Virus record (IMG/VR): IMGVR_UViG_3300042907_000878
Location: 27,283 to 91,282 of that record
From: a virus
DNA length: 64,000 nt
Reading direction: 5' to 3' (one strand)
A model generated the notes under the pieces. That model was given only the letters and a program-made list of their open reading frames with translations. It was not told the origin of the DNA and did no database searches. Of this stretch, positions 46,514 through 55,985 are shown piece by piece; the stretch's first letter is position 1, and each line of letters opens with the position of its first letter. The position numbers were made by a program, and so were the translations under genes.

Positions 46514-47555
46514 TTAAGATCTCCCTTGCCGTATTTTCCCAAGAGAATTTTATAGCAGTTTCAATACCTGCTAAGTTTAGTTCTAGTTCACTATCTTGTT
46601 TTAATCTATGAGTTTCTCTCATATGATTTATAATTTGATCTTCCTGCCTTTTGCCAAGTTCAGCCCATTCGCCTTGACCATGAAACCAAATTCCATCTTG
46701 AGCCGATACTAATTTATCTGTTTCTACGATATAAGAGTTATTTCTATTCGTGAATTCCGTATGACCAGAGTAATCAGTTGTAATCACATGTTTTCCACAT
46801 GAAAGAAGTTCTAATAATTCTAGATTCCAACCTTCAGCCCGAACTGGAAAAACTCCAACATCAACTTGTCTCATAATATTATACACATCGCGATGATATT
46901 TTTGCCTTGGAATGAATCTAATTTTATCAGCAATGCGAGAACCCTTATAATAATTGATCCAATCGTTATTTTTTTCGCCCAAGAAAGGATTTTCGCACAT
47001 CATCCAAAGTTCTACGTTATCGTCTTTGTTAAAAGCCTTGTCGAAGCACTGTCTAATAATATCATGACCTTTGCGAATTTCCCACTTACCACAATTAAAG
47101 AAAATAGTGGGCTTTCTTCTTACATTATTATTTTCATTAAAGATTGATCTATCAATACCCAATGGTATAACTTTTGGGGTTGTGCCAAGCTCGTCTTCAA
47201 CAATATTTTTAGCCCACTCAGAGCATACTACAAGTTGATGACAAGATTTCATACTCCTTTTTTCTTCTGGAGTGAATTTATTTAATTCGAAGATTGGAAA
47301 TCCAACTTTCTCTCCTCTGCCTACAGATTCGTGTAGTCCATTTTGATGCCAAATTTTAAGACATGGTTGAGACCATTTTAGGTTCTCGTCTTTGTTTCTC
47401 CAGTCAAACTGGGCTAATTCTTCATATAGTTCTGGCTCAGGCTGGCCGATTGGAAAAATTGTTAAATTATCTCCAAGTTTTTCAGCTAATTGTTTTGCTA
47501 TATTAAATCCAACTTGGCCATATCCTAGACTGTTAATTGGAGCTTGTAGAAACAT
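46503..47555 (-). CDS. Glycosyltransferase family 4
   Basis: LGYG, GKWEIRKGHD, AEGWNLELLELLSCGKHVITT. Confidence 0.88.
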   Translation of the reverse strand: MFLQAPINSLGYGQVGFNIAKQLAEKLGDNLTIFPIGQPEPELYEELAQFDWRNKDENLKWSQPCLKIWHQNGLHESVGRGEKVGFPIFELNKFTPEEKRSMKSCHQLVVCSEWAKNIVEDELGTTPKVIPLGIDRSIFNENNNVRRKPTIFFNCGKWEIRKGHDIIRQCFDKAFNKDDNVELWMMCENPFLGEKNNDWINYYKGSRIADKIRFIPRQKYHRDVYNIMRQVDVGVFPVRAEGWNLELLELLSCGKHVITTDYSGHTEFTNRNNSYIVETDKLVSAQDGIWFHGQGEWAELGKRQEDQIINHMRETHRLKQDSELELNLAGIETAIKFSWENTAREILNGI

Positions 47556-47642
47556 TTTTACCCTTTATCTATAGTTATGTAATTCGCCAATTATTTTAAA
47601 TATCAATATAAGTATTAATGTAAATAGTATAACTTTAATCAT

Positions 47643-48002
47643 TTAAGTTTCCCATAGTTTAATTATATTATCTGGAAAATATAGATCTTTAATAGCATTG
47701 TTCAAATCTTCGATTGTTTGTCCCGCAAGACCTGTTCCTAGTGCAGTTAATAGAAATACAAGATCATCATTTCTCTGTGCGTATTTCATAAGGACTTCCA
47801 GTTGAATTCTTATAAAGTCCCATCCTATAAAACCTGTTCTTAGATCTTTAGTTATTATAGCATAAGTTTGCCCCTGACGCCCACTATTCTTTCCATATTC
47901 TGCACCCCAAACCATTGCAGCTTTAGCTGCCCCAGCTCCATGTCTACCTTCAGTATTACTACCAAATACAAATATCTCATTCTGCAATAGAAATTCTACC
48001 AT
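47643..48002 (-). CDS. A1S_2505-like phage protein (macro-like fold)
   Basis: EIFVFGSNxxGxHGAGAA...GxQGQTYAI...GTGLAG; start at 48002 with GGAG RBS. Confidence 0.7.
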   Translation of the reverse strand: MVEFLLQNEIFVFGSNTEGRHGAGAAKAAMVWGAEYGKNSGRQGQTYAIITKDLRTGFIGWDFIRIQLEVLMKYAQRNDDLVFLLTALGTGLAGQTIEDLNNAIKDLYFPDNIIKLWET

Positions 48003-48012
48003 TATTTTCTCC

Positions 48013-48041
48013 AAAAAAAGAGTCGCCCAAAAGGACGACTC
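48013..48041 (-). terminator. Intrinsic terminator after the DUF1559 gene
   Basis: gagtcgtcc-tttt-gggcgactc followed by T7. Confidence 0.88.
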
Positions 48042-48063
48042 ATATTTATTAACTTTTGTTATA

Positions 48064-49188
48064 TCAATAAGAATCGGCTGAGATAACTTCGTTGCCAGCT
48101 CGCGTAATCAAAGCTCTGACAATCGCTGCATTTGTTGTATCTTTAACAAATCTCACAGATCCATCTGTCATTGCCATGTTAGCTCCACCGGGATGCCATG
48201 AGAAGATCTCATTATTTGGGCCGCAGTCATGAATACCCCAGTCATTAGCACCACAGCTTGGCTTGCCAAATCCACCAGTTTTATTGTTGTTGATAACATT
48301 TGAAACGCCAGCAGCATTGTCAGGATCGCCCCATCTCCATGAGCGACGAGCGCCCTGAACGTAAGGAGCGGGAGCATTCAAGTCAGGAGCGTAATCGGTT
48401 GTTGGAGAAGCATAGTTACCAACACCTTGCATCTTTGGGCTGCGACCAGTGTCTTCATAAAACATAGCAGTGTTAGATGTGCCATCTGTCGTTGCACCAA
48501 TCGTTGCTCCACCCTTATTAATATCGACTGTTCCATCCAAAACTTTTGCTGGGTCGATTTGATAAATCTTACTAGAGGAGCATACTGTACATCCATACGC
48601 TTTATAAGCAGATGTGCCATAAGCATTGCCAGTCAATGATCCGGGAGCTGGTGTTGGCCCAACATAACCCGCTTGCCACTTTGTAGTGCCATCGGGCATG
48701 ATCTCAGTATAAGGAGCTGTTGCATAGTCAATACAACCAAATCCAATACTATCGCGTCCATTCTGTCGATCACTTTCAAGTGCGTTTGTTGGACACAAGA
48801 ATGCGTTAATCACTGTTGCACTTGCAGTTACATTACCAGAAAAATTATATGGTAGTTGCAAGTTAAGCTGATTATAAACATTACCCTGTTCAATACTCCC
48901 AAGGATCATTGTGAATGCACTATGATAATCCTGCGTCTTATAAGTTGTGCTGCCGACTGTTACATTATGCTCTCCAGAGCGTGGAAATGTGCCTTGGGCG
49001 TTTTCAAAATTATGCGCGGCCAAAGCTAACTGTTTGAGGTTGTTCGTGCATTGCGCTCGCCTAGCTGCTTCTCTAGCTGATTGTACTGCTGGAAGTAAGA
49101 GTGAGATAAGCACTGCGATAATGGCAATAACCACAAGCAGTTCAATAAGGGTAAAACCACGACGATTAGCATTTTGTGTTTTGATCAT
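48064..49188 (-). CDS. DUF1559 prepilin-type protein (N-methyl-Phe leader, H-X9-DG C-terminal motif)
   Basis: RRG|[42 protein letters not shown]; FLCP; TDGTSNT; [19 protein letters not shown]. Confidence 0.95.
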   Translation of the reverse strand: MIKTQNANRRGFTLIELLVVIAIIAVLISLLLPAVQSAREAARRAQCTNNLKQLALAAHNFENAQGTFPRSGEHNVTVGSTTYKTQDYHSAFTMILGSIEQGNVYNQLNLQLPYNFSGNVTASATVINAFLCPTNALESDRQNGRDSIGFGCIDYATAPYTEIMPDGTTKWQAGYVGPTPAPGSLTGNAYGTSAYKAYGCTVCSSSKIYQIDPAKVLDGTVDINKGGATIGATTDGTSNTAMFYEDTGRSPKMQGVGNYASPTTDYAPDLNAPAPYVQGARRSWRWGDPDNAAGVSNVINNNKTGGFGKPSCGANDWGIHDCGPNNEIFSWHPGGANMAMTDGSVRFVKDTTNAAIVRALITRAGNEVISADSY

Positions 49189-49217
49189 TTTTATTTTTCT
49201 CTCAAGTGTTTAAAGAA

Positions 49218-49242
49218 GAAGGACACCAACGTGATGTCCTTC
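49218..49242 (-). promoter_or_regulatory. 5'-leader hairpin
   Basis: gaaggacatca-cgt-tggtgtccttc (11 bp, one G-U) a few nt after the predicted start site. Confidence 0.6.
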
Positions 49243-49252
49243 GTACTCAATT

Positions 49253-49281
49253 ATTATAACCGGCTTCAACCCCATTGTCAA
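49253..49281 (-). promoter_or_regulatory. Perfect-consensus sigma70 promoter for the DUF1559 gene
   Basis: TTGACA-17 nt-TATAAT. Confidence 0.88.
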
Positions 49282-49290
49282 GTTAAGATT

Positions 49291-50016
49291 TCATGAAGAT
49301 TTTTGATTTTTGTTGAACAAGAATAGATCTTCGATCTCATTATAGTTCATTCCTTCAAATTCTTCAATGGATCTGCTCACTGGAACATCCGCTCTGCCTC
49401 TCATGACCTTTTCCATATATTCATGTTTTGTTTTACAAACATAATGATTTAACTGCACTACGTCATCAGTTCCATTGTGATTGAACGGTCCAGTTCCAAA
49501 ATTTCCATTTGTATCTTTCCATTGTACATTTGCATGATGCGGATTTATCATTGAAATGTTAGGTTCAAGCTTTATAATGGATTTAATATGTTCATTTACT
49601 TTTTTTTGTCTCATTTTAAATCTATTAATTAAACTATTATTGTTTGGATCATAATCTTCTATAAAATTATTTCCAAAAAATATCCAATTAATGGCTAATG
49701 AGTGAGTATCAAATCCATATTCATATATAAAATCTTTAATATTTGAATGTTTTTTCAATACTAAAAATTCATCAATGTCAAAAAAAGCGGCCCAATCATA
49801 AGATAGGCCGTAGTTTTGTATAAAATGATTATATGCATACCCTTGCTTGCATTCCCCATCGCATGGTATTTTTAACATTGAGCTGTCATTTATATTTGAT
49901 CTATAATTATTCTCGTATAAATATATTTGATCAAATCCTAATTTTTTATAATGATCAATCCATTCTTTTAAATATTTGTCTTCATCTTTTGCGATTGCAA
50001 CTAACGCCAATTTCAT
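49291..50016 (-). CDS. Glycosyltransferase (GT2_4/GT92-like)
   Basis: AIAKDExxYLKEWIDH, FFDIDEF, KSII, LNHY. Confidence 0.82.
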   Translation of the reverse strand: MKLALVAIAKDEDKYLKEWIDHYKKLGFDQIYLYENNYRSNINDSSMLKIPCDGECKQGYAYNHFIQNYGLSYDWAAFFDIDEFLVLKKHSNIKDFIYEYGFDTHSLAINWIFFGNNFIEDYDPNNNSLINRFKMRQKKVNEHIKSIIKLEPNISMINPHHANVQWKDTNGNFGTGPFNHNGTDDVVQLNHYVCKTKHEYMEKVMRGRADVPVSRSIEEFEGMNYNEIEDLFLFNKNQKSS

Positions 50017-50017
50017 A

Positions 50018-50290
50018 TTATTTTTGAGCCTCTTTTAGAGCTTTTGGATCTGGTCGATCAGGATCGCCCATTTTTGCTGGCTTGTAATTTTTACCCATCT
50101 TTTCTTTTTTCTTTTGAATATTTTCCCAAAGCCCCGGTTTATCCCCAGCTTTTAGAATTGAATTTTTTTCGTCTGGGTCTGGTTCGCCTTCTCTGCGACC
50201 CGCAGTCGGTGGATCGTATTTTGGATAATTAACTGGTTTTTTTTCAGCTTCTGCGTATTCATTCATTGCTTCTAAATAATTCTTTTTCAT
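50018..50290 (-). CDS. Small basic protein (GLWENI motif), putative head-internal protein
   Basis: K/P-rich; KPGLWENIxKK motif; AGGAG RBS. Confidence 0.5.
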   Translation of the reverse strand: MKKNYLEAMNEYAEAEKKPVNYPKYDPPTAGRREGEPDPDEKNSILKAGDKPGLWENIQKKKEKMGKNYKPAKMGDPDRPDPKALKEAQK

Positions 50291-50298
50291 ATCTTCTC

Positions 50299-50937
50299 CT
50301 AGTTATGTATAAAAAGGTAATTGTTGATCTTTATGATGTCATTTCTATCTACTGACTTTCCGATTTCTTCTACTAATTTTCCATCGGCCTCGAAGCAGTC
50401 ATCGCTTAAATCGAAATCAAAATTTTTTATAATATTTTTATTAAAAAATAAACAACCTAAGTCAACACGTGATTTAACAAAATGCGTTTCTAGTATTCCC
50501 CATCTATTATGACTTGATATCATATTTGAAAATACAATCTTTTTGTTGTATTCTTGTGCTGTTGCTATTAATGATTCAAATGCAACTGGAACATAATAAT
50601 TATCATCATTTGTATATATAAGCCAATCAAAATTTTCATCAATAAAAGCATATTTTTTTCTATGCGGATATCCAAATTTACCAAGTTTATTTTCTGTTTG
50701 AATAATTTTAATTCTATTATCTAATTCAATAAAATTTAATAAACTCGTTTTCTCTTCGCAGTCATTTATTGGACCGTCATGAACGATTATTAATTCAAAA
50801 TTTTCATACGTCTGAGCCAATACGCTACTTATAAATGATTTGCAATACTTATATCTTTTTTTATTATCATTAAGATACGAAGCAGCCACAATTCTTATTT
50901 TTTCTTTTCTTATGCTCAAGCTTTCCCAATATCTCAT
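50299..50937 (-). CDS. Glycosyltransferase family 2
   Basis: SVLAQTYENFELIIVHDG, TNDDNYY. Confidence 0.85.
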   Translation of the reverse strand: MRYWESLSIRKEKIRIVAASYLNDNKKRYKYCKSFISSVLAQTYENFELIIVHDGPINDCEEKTSLLNFIELDNRIKIIQTENKLGKFGYPHRKKYAFIDENFDWLIYTNDDNYYVPVAFESLIATAQEYNKKIVFSNMISSHNRWGILETHFVKSRVDLGCLFFNKNIIKNFDFDLSDDCFEADGKLVEEIGKSVDRNDIIKINNYLFIHN

Positions 50938-51608
50938 TTATTATTCCTGCTAATTAAAAAATTTCCGTGAAAGCCAAATGACTTATCTTTCATTTCTGGC
51001 ACGGGACGCTCTATAGAAAAATTTGCGGCAGTTTGTGGATCTGCAAATTTTACACCTCTGTCAATAAATTCCTTATAATATATATTACACGATAAGAAGT
51101 CTTCATTGACCGATATATCGTATACGCTCCTATTTAAACTGGTGTTAAAATTAAAATCTTTAAAAATACTATACGATGTTTTTAGAAATTTCTTTGACTT
51201 TAAGCAGAACCCCCCGTTTCCAACTCTATTTTTATAACCCCATTCAATAGGCCAAGGAGCGCCGATGTAATCAGATTCTAAAAATTTATCTGTCCAACAC
51301 TCTGGATTAATTATATATCCATCATGCTGGATTGTCAAGCAGAAATCTGTGGGAATATATTTATTTAAATCTACCAAACAGAATTTTGAATATTCAGCTT
51401 TATTTTTTATAATTGGTATTCTAAATATTTCTAGATTAACACTAGAAAGATTTTTAAACCTATTGATATTTATATCTTCTATGTCATCTGTAAAAAAATA
51501 ATATTTATCAAAATATATATTTTCTATTGATTTATCTAGAGCAATTAAAGCTTCTATTTTATTTTTTGTATCTATGCAACAAATAGATATAGTCATTTTA
51601 TTCTCCAA
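50934..51608 (-). CDS. DUF5672-like glycosyltransferase
   Basis: IQHDG, DYIGAPW, VGNGGFCL, NED, FGFH. Confidence 0.8.
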   Translation of the reverse strand: MENKMTISICCIDTKNKIEALIALDKSIENIYFDKYYFFTDDIEDININRFKNLSSVNLEIFRIPIIKNKAEYSKFCLVDLNKYIPTDFCLTIQHDGYIINPECWTDKFLESDYIGAPWPIEWGYKNRVGNGGFCLKSKKFLKTSYSIFKDFNFNTSLNRSVYDISVNEDFLSCNIYYKEFIDRGVKFADPQTAANFSIERPVPEMKDKSFGFHGNFLISRNNK

Positions 51609-52329
51609 TTAATATATTATCGTAATATTTTGTTTCATTTTTATAACTATCTCCATCTACATATCCAATCTCGCATACAATATTTTTCATCAATGCGTAA
51701 GCTATTGCCATGGGAGCCGAGAGATTTCCACAGAATAAACTGCATGAATTTATAATTTCAAATAAATTTTGTATATTATCTATATATAATGACTGTACTA
51801 AATTTTTATGTGGAAAATTTACATATTGATTTACGTCTGTATATATAAAAAATGAATTTTCTTTTCCATGTTCATGTATATATTTTATATATAAATCATT
51901 TGCTGAATGTCTTCTATAGTCTAAGCTTCTGTTAATTATTAGAGAATTATTATATTTTTTAATATTTTTGATGTTTTTTATAATTTGAAAATTTCTTATA
52001 TTGAAATTTGCGCTTTGTAAATATATCGATGATAACTTTTCAGTCCAACACAATTGGGGATTTTCATTTCTCCAAAATGATAGATTAAAATTTATGTTTT
52101 GATTATTGTATATTTCAAATGTGTTTATATATTCTTGTTTAGATATAATATCATGCAATTCATTAAAAGTATTCTCTAGACCAAATGAAAAGTGATCTCC
52201 AATTTCAGATATATATAAATTAGTTTTAATGTTGTATACATTATATATAATAGCAGGTATATATAGTTGATGTATAAAATCTCCGAGCTTTCCCCCGGAG
52301 ATCATGTTTAAGGTTTTATTACTTTCCAT
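51598..52329 (-). CDS. GT9-like glycosyltransferase
   Basis: GKLGDFI and LFCGNLSAPMAIAYAL; start reassigned to 52329. Confidence 0.6.
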   Translation of the reverse strand: MESNKTLNMISGGKLGDFIHQLYIPAIIYNVYNIKTNLYISEIGDHFSFGLENTFNELHDIISKQEYINTFEIYNNQNINFNLSFWRNENPQLCWTEKLSSIYLQSANFNIRNFQIIKNIKNIKKYNNSLIINRSLDYRRHSANDLYIKYIHEHGKENSFFIYTDVNQYVNFPHKNLVQSLYIDNIQNLFEIINSCSLFCGNLSAPMAIAYALMKNIVCEIGYVDGDSYKNETKYYDNILIGE

Positions 52330-52570
52330 ACATTTTTGTTGAACCTTGGTTATAAAGCTTTTGAGGTTTGCCAGATATGACAAGCTGATTGATTTCTTGA
52401 TCAATCTCTTGAATTAAGTCGTTCCTTTGTTGGTTTGCCACATTGGTTACTTTTGTCGCCTTTGCAATTTCACCATCTGTTGCTACTGGATTTCTTTTAA
52501 TGTCTTCACACATCCAGATACGAATATTTACTACAGTCAATTTATCAATTAAATTTCCTATTGTTTCCAT
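52319..52570 (-). CDS. DUF4254-like protein
   Basis: ETIGNLIDKL...IWxxED...NQQRNDLIQEID. Confidence 0.7.
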   Translation of the reverse strand: METIGNLIDKLTVVNIRIWMCEDIKRNPVATDGEIAKATKVTNVANQQRNDLIQEIDQEINQLVISGKPQKLYNQGSTKMYGK

Positions 52571-53505
52571 TATATAGTCCTGTCTAATATTGATTTAGTT
52601 TGATTTTTTATATTTTCATATGAATTTATATATGTGGTATTAATTTGTTCCTGATATTTTTCAAAATTATGGTATATTTCAGTTAGTGTAGTTTCTGGAT
52701 ATATTGAAAGCTCTGGAGCAAAAGATCGAAACATATTTGATCCTGTAATTAGTACTGGTTTTTGAGCTGATACTAAGTAATCTAGAGATGATGATATGCC
52801 AACATCTTTTTCCGCTTCATAGAATAAGCAGTTTATATCATTTTCATTTAGTTTATTAATTACTTCATACTCAGATAAAAAATTAGTTGTTATGTTTAAT
52901 TTGATTCCGGGCTTAGTGATTGCATTGTAACACGCTCTAATTACATTTCCAGTTTCATTTATTCCATCAAAATATGCTTTGGGCATATGGAAGTTAATGA
53001 TGGCTTTGTCAAAACAATCATTGACATGACGCACTATTCTATCAAAAAATTTATGACCAAGAGCAAAGCCAAAACTTCCAATCGTTGGAATAGCATTTTT
53101 TTGTGTGCTGTTGTTATAATAGGCAGAAAGAGGTCTATCAGTTTTAAAGCAACAATTATTTTCTAAAGAAAATTTATCTAGTATTATATAGTAGTTAAAA
53201 ATATTATCATTTCTAAATGTTTCTAAATTATTTTTACTAAATAAGTGAGGAACGCAGAATTTTATACATTTATATTTATTAATTTCTTCATTTACCCAAG
53301 GTAAAGTCATATGCATATAATTGAATATAACTGCATCTGGATTGTATTCTTGACATATATTAAAAAATGAGGATATATCATTTAATTCTGCATATATCAT
53401 ATTATAATTTTCAATTTCTTGTATTGATATAAAATGGCGCAGACCTAGATCATAAACTCCACAAGCTTTTGTAATTCCATGATTTATATATAATACTGTT
53501 TTCAT
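52570..53505 (-). CDS. GT-B-fold glycosyltransferase-like (paralog A)
   Basis: IGSFGF, ITKPGI, SAQKPVL; similar to the next gene. Confidence 0.65.
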   Translation of the reverse strand: MKTVLYINHGITKACGVYDLGLRHFISIQEIENYNMIYAELNDISSFFNICQEYNPDAVIFNYMHMTLPWVNEEINKYKCIKFCVPHLFSKNNLETFRNDNIFNYYIILDKFSLENNCCFKTDRPLSAYYNNSTQKNAIPTIGSFGFALGHKFFDRIVRHVNDCFDKAIINFHMPKAYFDGINETGNVIRACYNAITKPGIKLNITTNFLSEYEVINKLNENDINCLFYEAEKDVGISSSLDYLVSAQKPVLITGSNMFRSFAPELSIYPETTLTEIYHNFEKYQEQINTTYINSYENIKNQTKSILDRTI

Positions 53506-54401
53506 TGGATAATACTTTCAAACTTTTTACAAAAATTGATAGGAGACCAATCCTCATTCATATCAAGAACTCCTTTGTGATTTTGCTGTATAGCGTCCTT
53601 TAGTGATATGTCTGGGTATGGCTTTATATATTTAAGTAAATGTCTAAATGTTGGATTTTTAGTTGTCAGGATTGGTCTTTTTGCTGATATGGCCTGATCT
53701 GTTACCGCTGCTAATCCATGCATATTTCTGTAATATGGAAAATAATTAATTGTATTTCTAGAACACCATTTAACAAGTTGCTCTTTATCCATATAGTTAT
53801 GTGTTAACTCGATCCTAATTCCCGGCTTTGTAATGTGTGATTTTATATCGGATATAATTTTCTGCGTCCTTTGCCATGAATCAGTCACATATGTAGCAAA
53901 AGGAATATTTATTTTTACTACTGCATTGTCAAAATTCTGTTGAGCCAGTTCTATTATTTCGGTCCAATTCTTGCCATCGGTTGCAAAGCCAAAACTTCCT
54001 ATAATTGGATACCCGCGATCAATATAAGTATCCGTCTCATAATTTTCAATCGGCCTTGGGAACCCATATATATTATCGTTATCTGGGATTGTTGGATCAA
54101 TCACTATGTAGCCATCGAATATTTTTGGGGTTAATGGCATTATATCATCGCCTTGTCCGACTTCAAGAACAATGCAATATTTTTTTCCTTTAAAATTAGA
54201 TAAGATGTCAGTTGTCATCCAGTTGTTTACTGCGACATGCTGATTAAAAACTGCAAAGTCATAATCCAAATGTAAAGAATTTTCTTCTGTATAATCTAGC
54301 ATGTATTTTATTGATTGATTAAGCGCGTTGTAGCACATTAATCCCGACTCATAAATGCTGCACTGCGCTTTTTTTGAATTGTAAAAAATTCCTCTTATCA
54401 T
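53502..54401 (-). CDS. GT-B-fold glycosyltransferase-like (paralog B)
   Basis: IGSFGF, ITKPGI, SAKRPIL; likely start MIRGI. Confidence 0.65.
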   Translation of the reverse strand: MIRGIFYNSKKAQCSIYESGLMCYNALNQSIKYMLDYTEENSLHLDYDFAVFNQHVAVNNWMTTDILSNFKGKKYCIVLEVGQGDDIMPLTPKIFDGYIVIDPTIPDNDNIYGFPRPIENYETDTYIDRGYPIIGSFGFATDGKNWTEIIELAQQNFDNAVVKINIPFATYVTDSWQRTQKIISDIKSHITKPGIRIELTHNYMDKEQLVKWCSRNTINYFPYYRNMHGLAAVTDQAISAKRPILTTKNPTFRHLLKYIKPYPDISLKDAIQQNHKGVLDMNEDWSPINFCKKFESIIQ

Positions 54402-54402
54402 T

Positions 54403-55173
54403 TTATCTCTCAATCATATTTTGTCTTATTGGTTGGTGAATTAAATCTGTTAATGCGGTATGAATTATTCCCATTTTTGTCATCATTTCATATACTAAAG
54501 TTTCGCTACAAAATATTTTATCTACATTATTTACATCATTTACAATTCTTTGAATATAATTGAATGCACTCGCATATATATTCATATTTTCACTTGATGA
54601 AAATCCAAACCAATCTTCTATCATCCTAGGAGGAAGGGTGTGAATTTTTTTGTCTGTCCATAAAATATTTTTGTCATAATTGGCGCATATAATTGATCTA
54701 CTTAGTGTTGAATCAAATCTAGCTCTAATGACATAATCATATTGTATATCATTTTCAAGTCTATATTCTTCTTTTAACATGTTACATTTCATTATGCTTA
54801 GCCATGAGGAGTAAATCATATTTACAAAATAATCTCTAGAGTAATGCCTAGCATTATCTGTTGTTAATATATGATCCAGCGGTATAACTGAATCCTTTAT
54901 GACTTTCTGATTCTCAAAAAGATATTTTTTTGGTTGATATAATTTTGTGATTATTTTATCTACATGTGGAGGATATTTACTATTTTGGCTTGAGTAATTC
55001 CATCCATTTGCCCACTCTGCGTAGTTTACAAACTGCTGTCCAATTAACGATTCATCATACCAAGAATGCACAAAAACATCTGCATTATTAGGATCAATCA
55101 GTGTATTTTTAATATTTTGATATGCATATTCTACAAATCTAGGTTGTCCTGAAATACAAAGCGCGACTTTCAT
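54403..55173 (-). CDS. Putative glycosyl/glycosyl-phosphate transferase (ALCISGQPR family)
   Basis: MKVALCISGQPR, DVFVHSW, YDYVIRARFD, DWFGF. Confidence 0.7.
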   Translation of the reverse strand: MKVALCISGQPRFVEYAYQNIKNTLIDPNNADVFVHSWYDESLIGQQFVNYAEWANGWNYSSQNSKYPPHVDKIITKLYQPKKYLFENQKVIKDSVIPLDHILTTDNARHYSRDYFVNMIYSSWLSIMKCNMLKEEYRLENDIQYDYVIRARFDSTLSRSIICANYDKNILWTDKKIHTLPPRMIEDWFGFSSSENMNIYASAFNYIQRIVNDVNNVDKIFCSETLVYEMMTKMGIIHTALTDLIHQPIRQNMIER

Positions 55174-55985
55174 TTGTGGTATCGACTCCAATATTTATAA
55201 CACTTCAAAAGATCTTCTTCATTTTTTACCTGAGTGGCTTTTATAATTGTAGACCACGCTTCAAAGTTTTCCACTTCATCCGGCGTTCCAAAAACAGAAA
55301 CAAATGGTGTATCATAGTATCCAACTTTTAGCCCGTCTTTAATTAATAGATTATAAGTTAAAGTTACGTAATATTCTCCGTTATGATTAATATTTTGCTG
55401 GACCGTTTCGTTGAAATACTTTTTTACATATTTACCTTTGCTAAAATAGTAAACGCCTGTAGAAGCATGTTCACTCATTGGATTGTTTGTATAACACTCT
55501 TTTTCTTTTATTTCTGACACAATTCCATCCGACTCTTTTAGGAATGCCATTTTTGTACTAGCAAGTGTGTGCGGGTGGAATCCAGTGTGAGTTAAAATAC
55601 ATCCATCCAAATTATTGTCTTTGACATGCCTATTAAAATCCTCTCTATCCCATAAATGTGGATTATCGCAATATGATACTATAACTTCTTCATTGTCATT
55701 TATAAACTCATAAGCCTGTTGAACAGTATATATTGGTCCAAATTTGTGCTGCTTCATAGAAACTATTGATGCATCAGGTCTTAAGGAATTTAATATTGAC
55801 CTCATGTCTGTTTCTTCAAGATGTCTGTCGTTACATATAAAAACTATCTCATCACCTTCATTAAACATATCTAGGATATATTCAATAATCCTTTTGCTAT
55901 TAACTTTAATAAGAGGTTTTGGATCTTTATATCCACGCTCTACAAATCTATTTCCTGATCCAGCCATTGGAATAATAATTTTCAT
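55170..55985 (-). CDS. Sugar-phosphate nucleotidyltransferase
   Basis: IIPMAGSGNRF...PKPLI, YCD, EK, GVYYF, NGEYYV, FGTP. Confidence 0.85.
   Translation of the reverse strand: MKIIIPMAGSGNRFVERGYKDPKPLIKVNSKRIIEYILDMFNEGDEIVFICNDRHLEETDMRSILNSLRPDASIVSMKQHKFGPIYTVQQAYEFINDNEEVIVSYCDNPHLWDREDFNRHVKDNNLDGCILTHTGFHPHTLASTKMAFLKESDGIVSEIKEKECYTNNPMSEHASTGVYYFSKGKYVKKYFNETVQQNINHNGEYYVTLTYNLLIKDGLKVGYYDTPFVSVFGTPDEVENFEAWSTIIKATQVKNEEDLLKCYKYWSRYHK

Noticed and set aside
47556-47642. Promoter in the AT-rich gap upstream of the GT4 gene
   Set aside because: A TATACT is present, but I found no correctly spaced -35 or TGTGTATA motif.
48064-49188. Host DNA contamination or prophage boundary at the DUF1559 gene
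   Set aside because: Codons are A/T-ending, phage-type genes flank both sides, and the terminator/RBS style matches other phage loci here. Read-level confirmation is still advisable.
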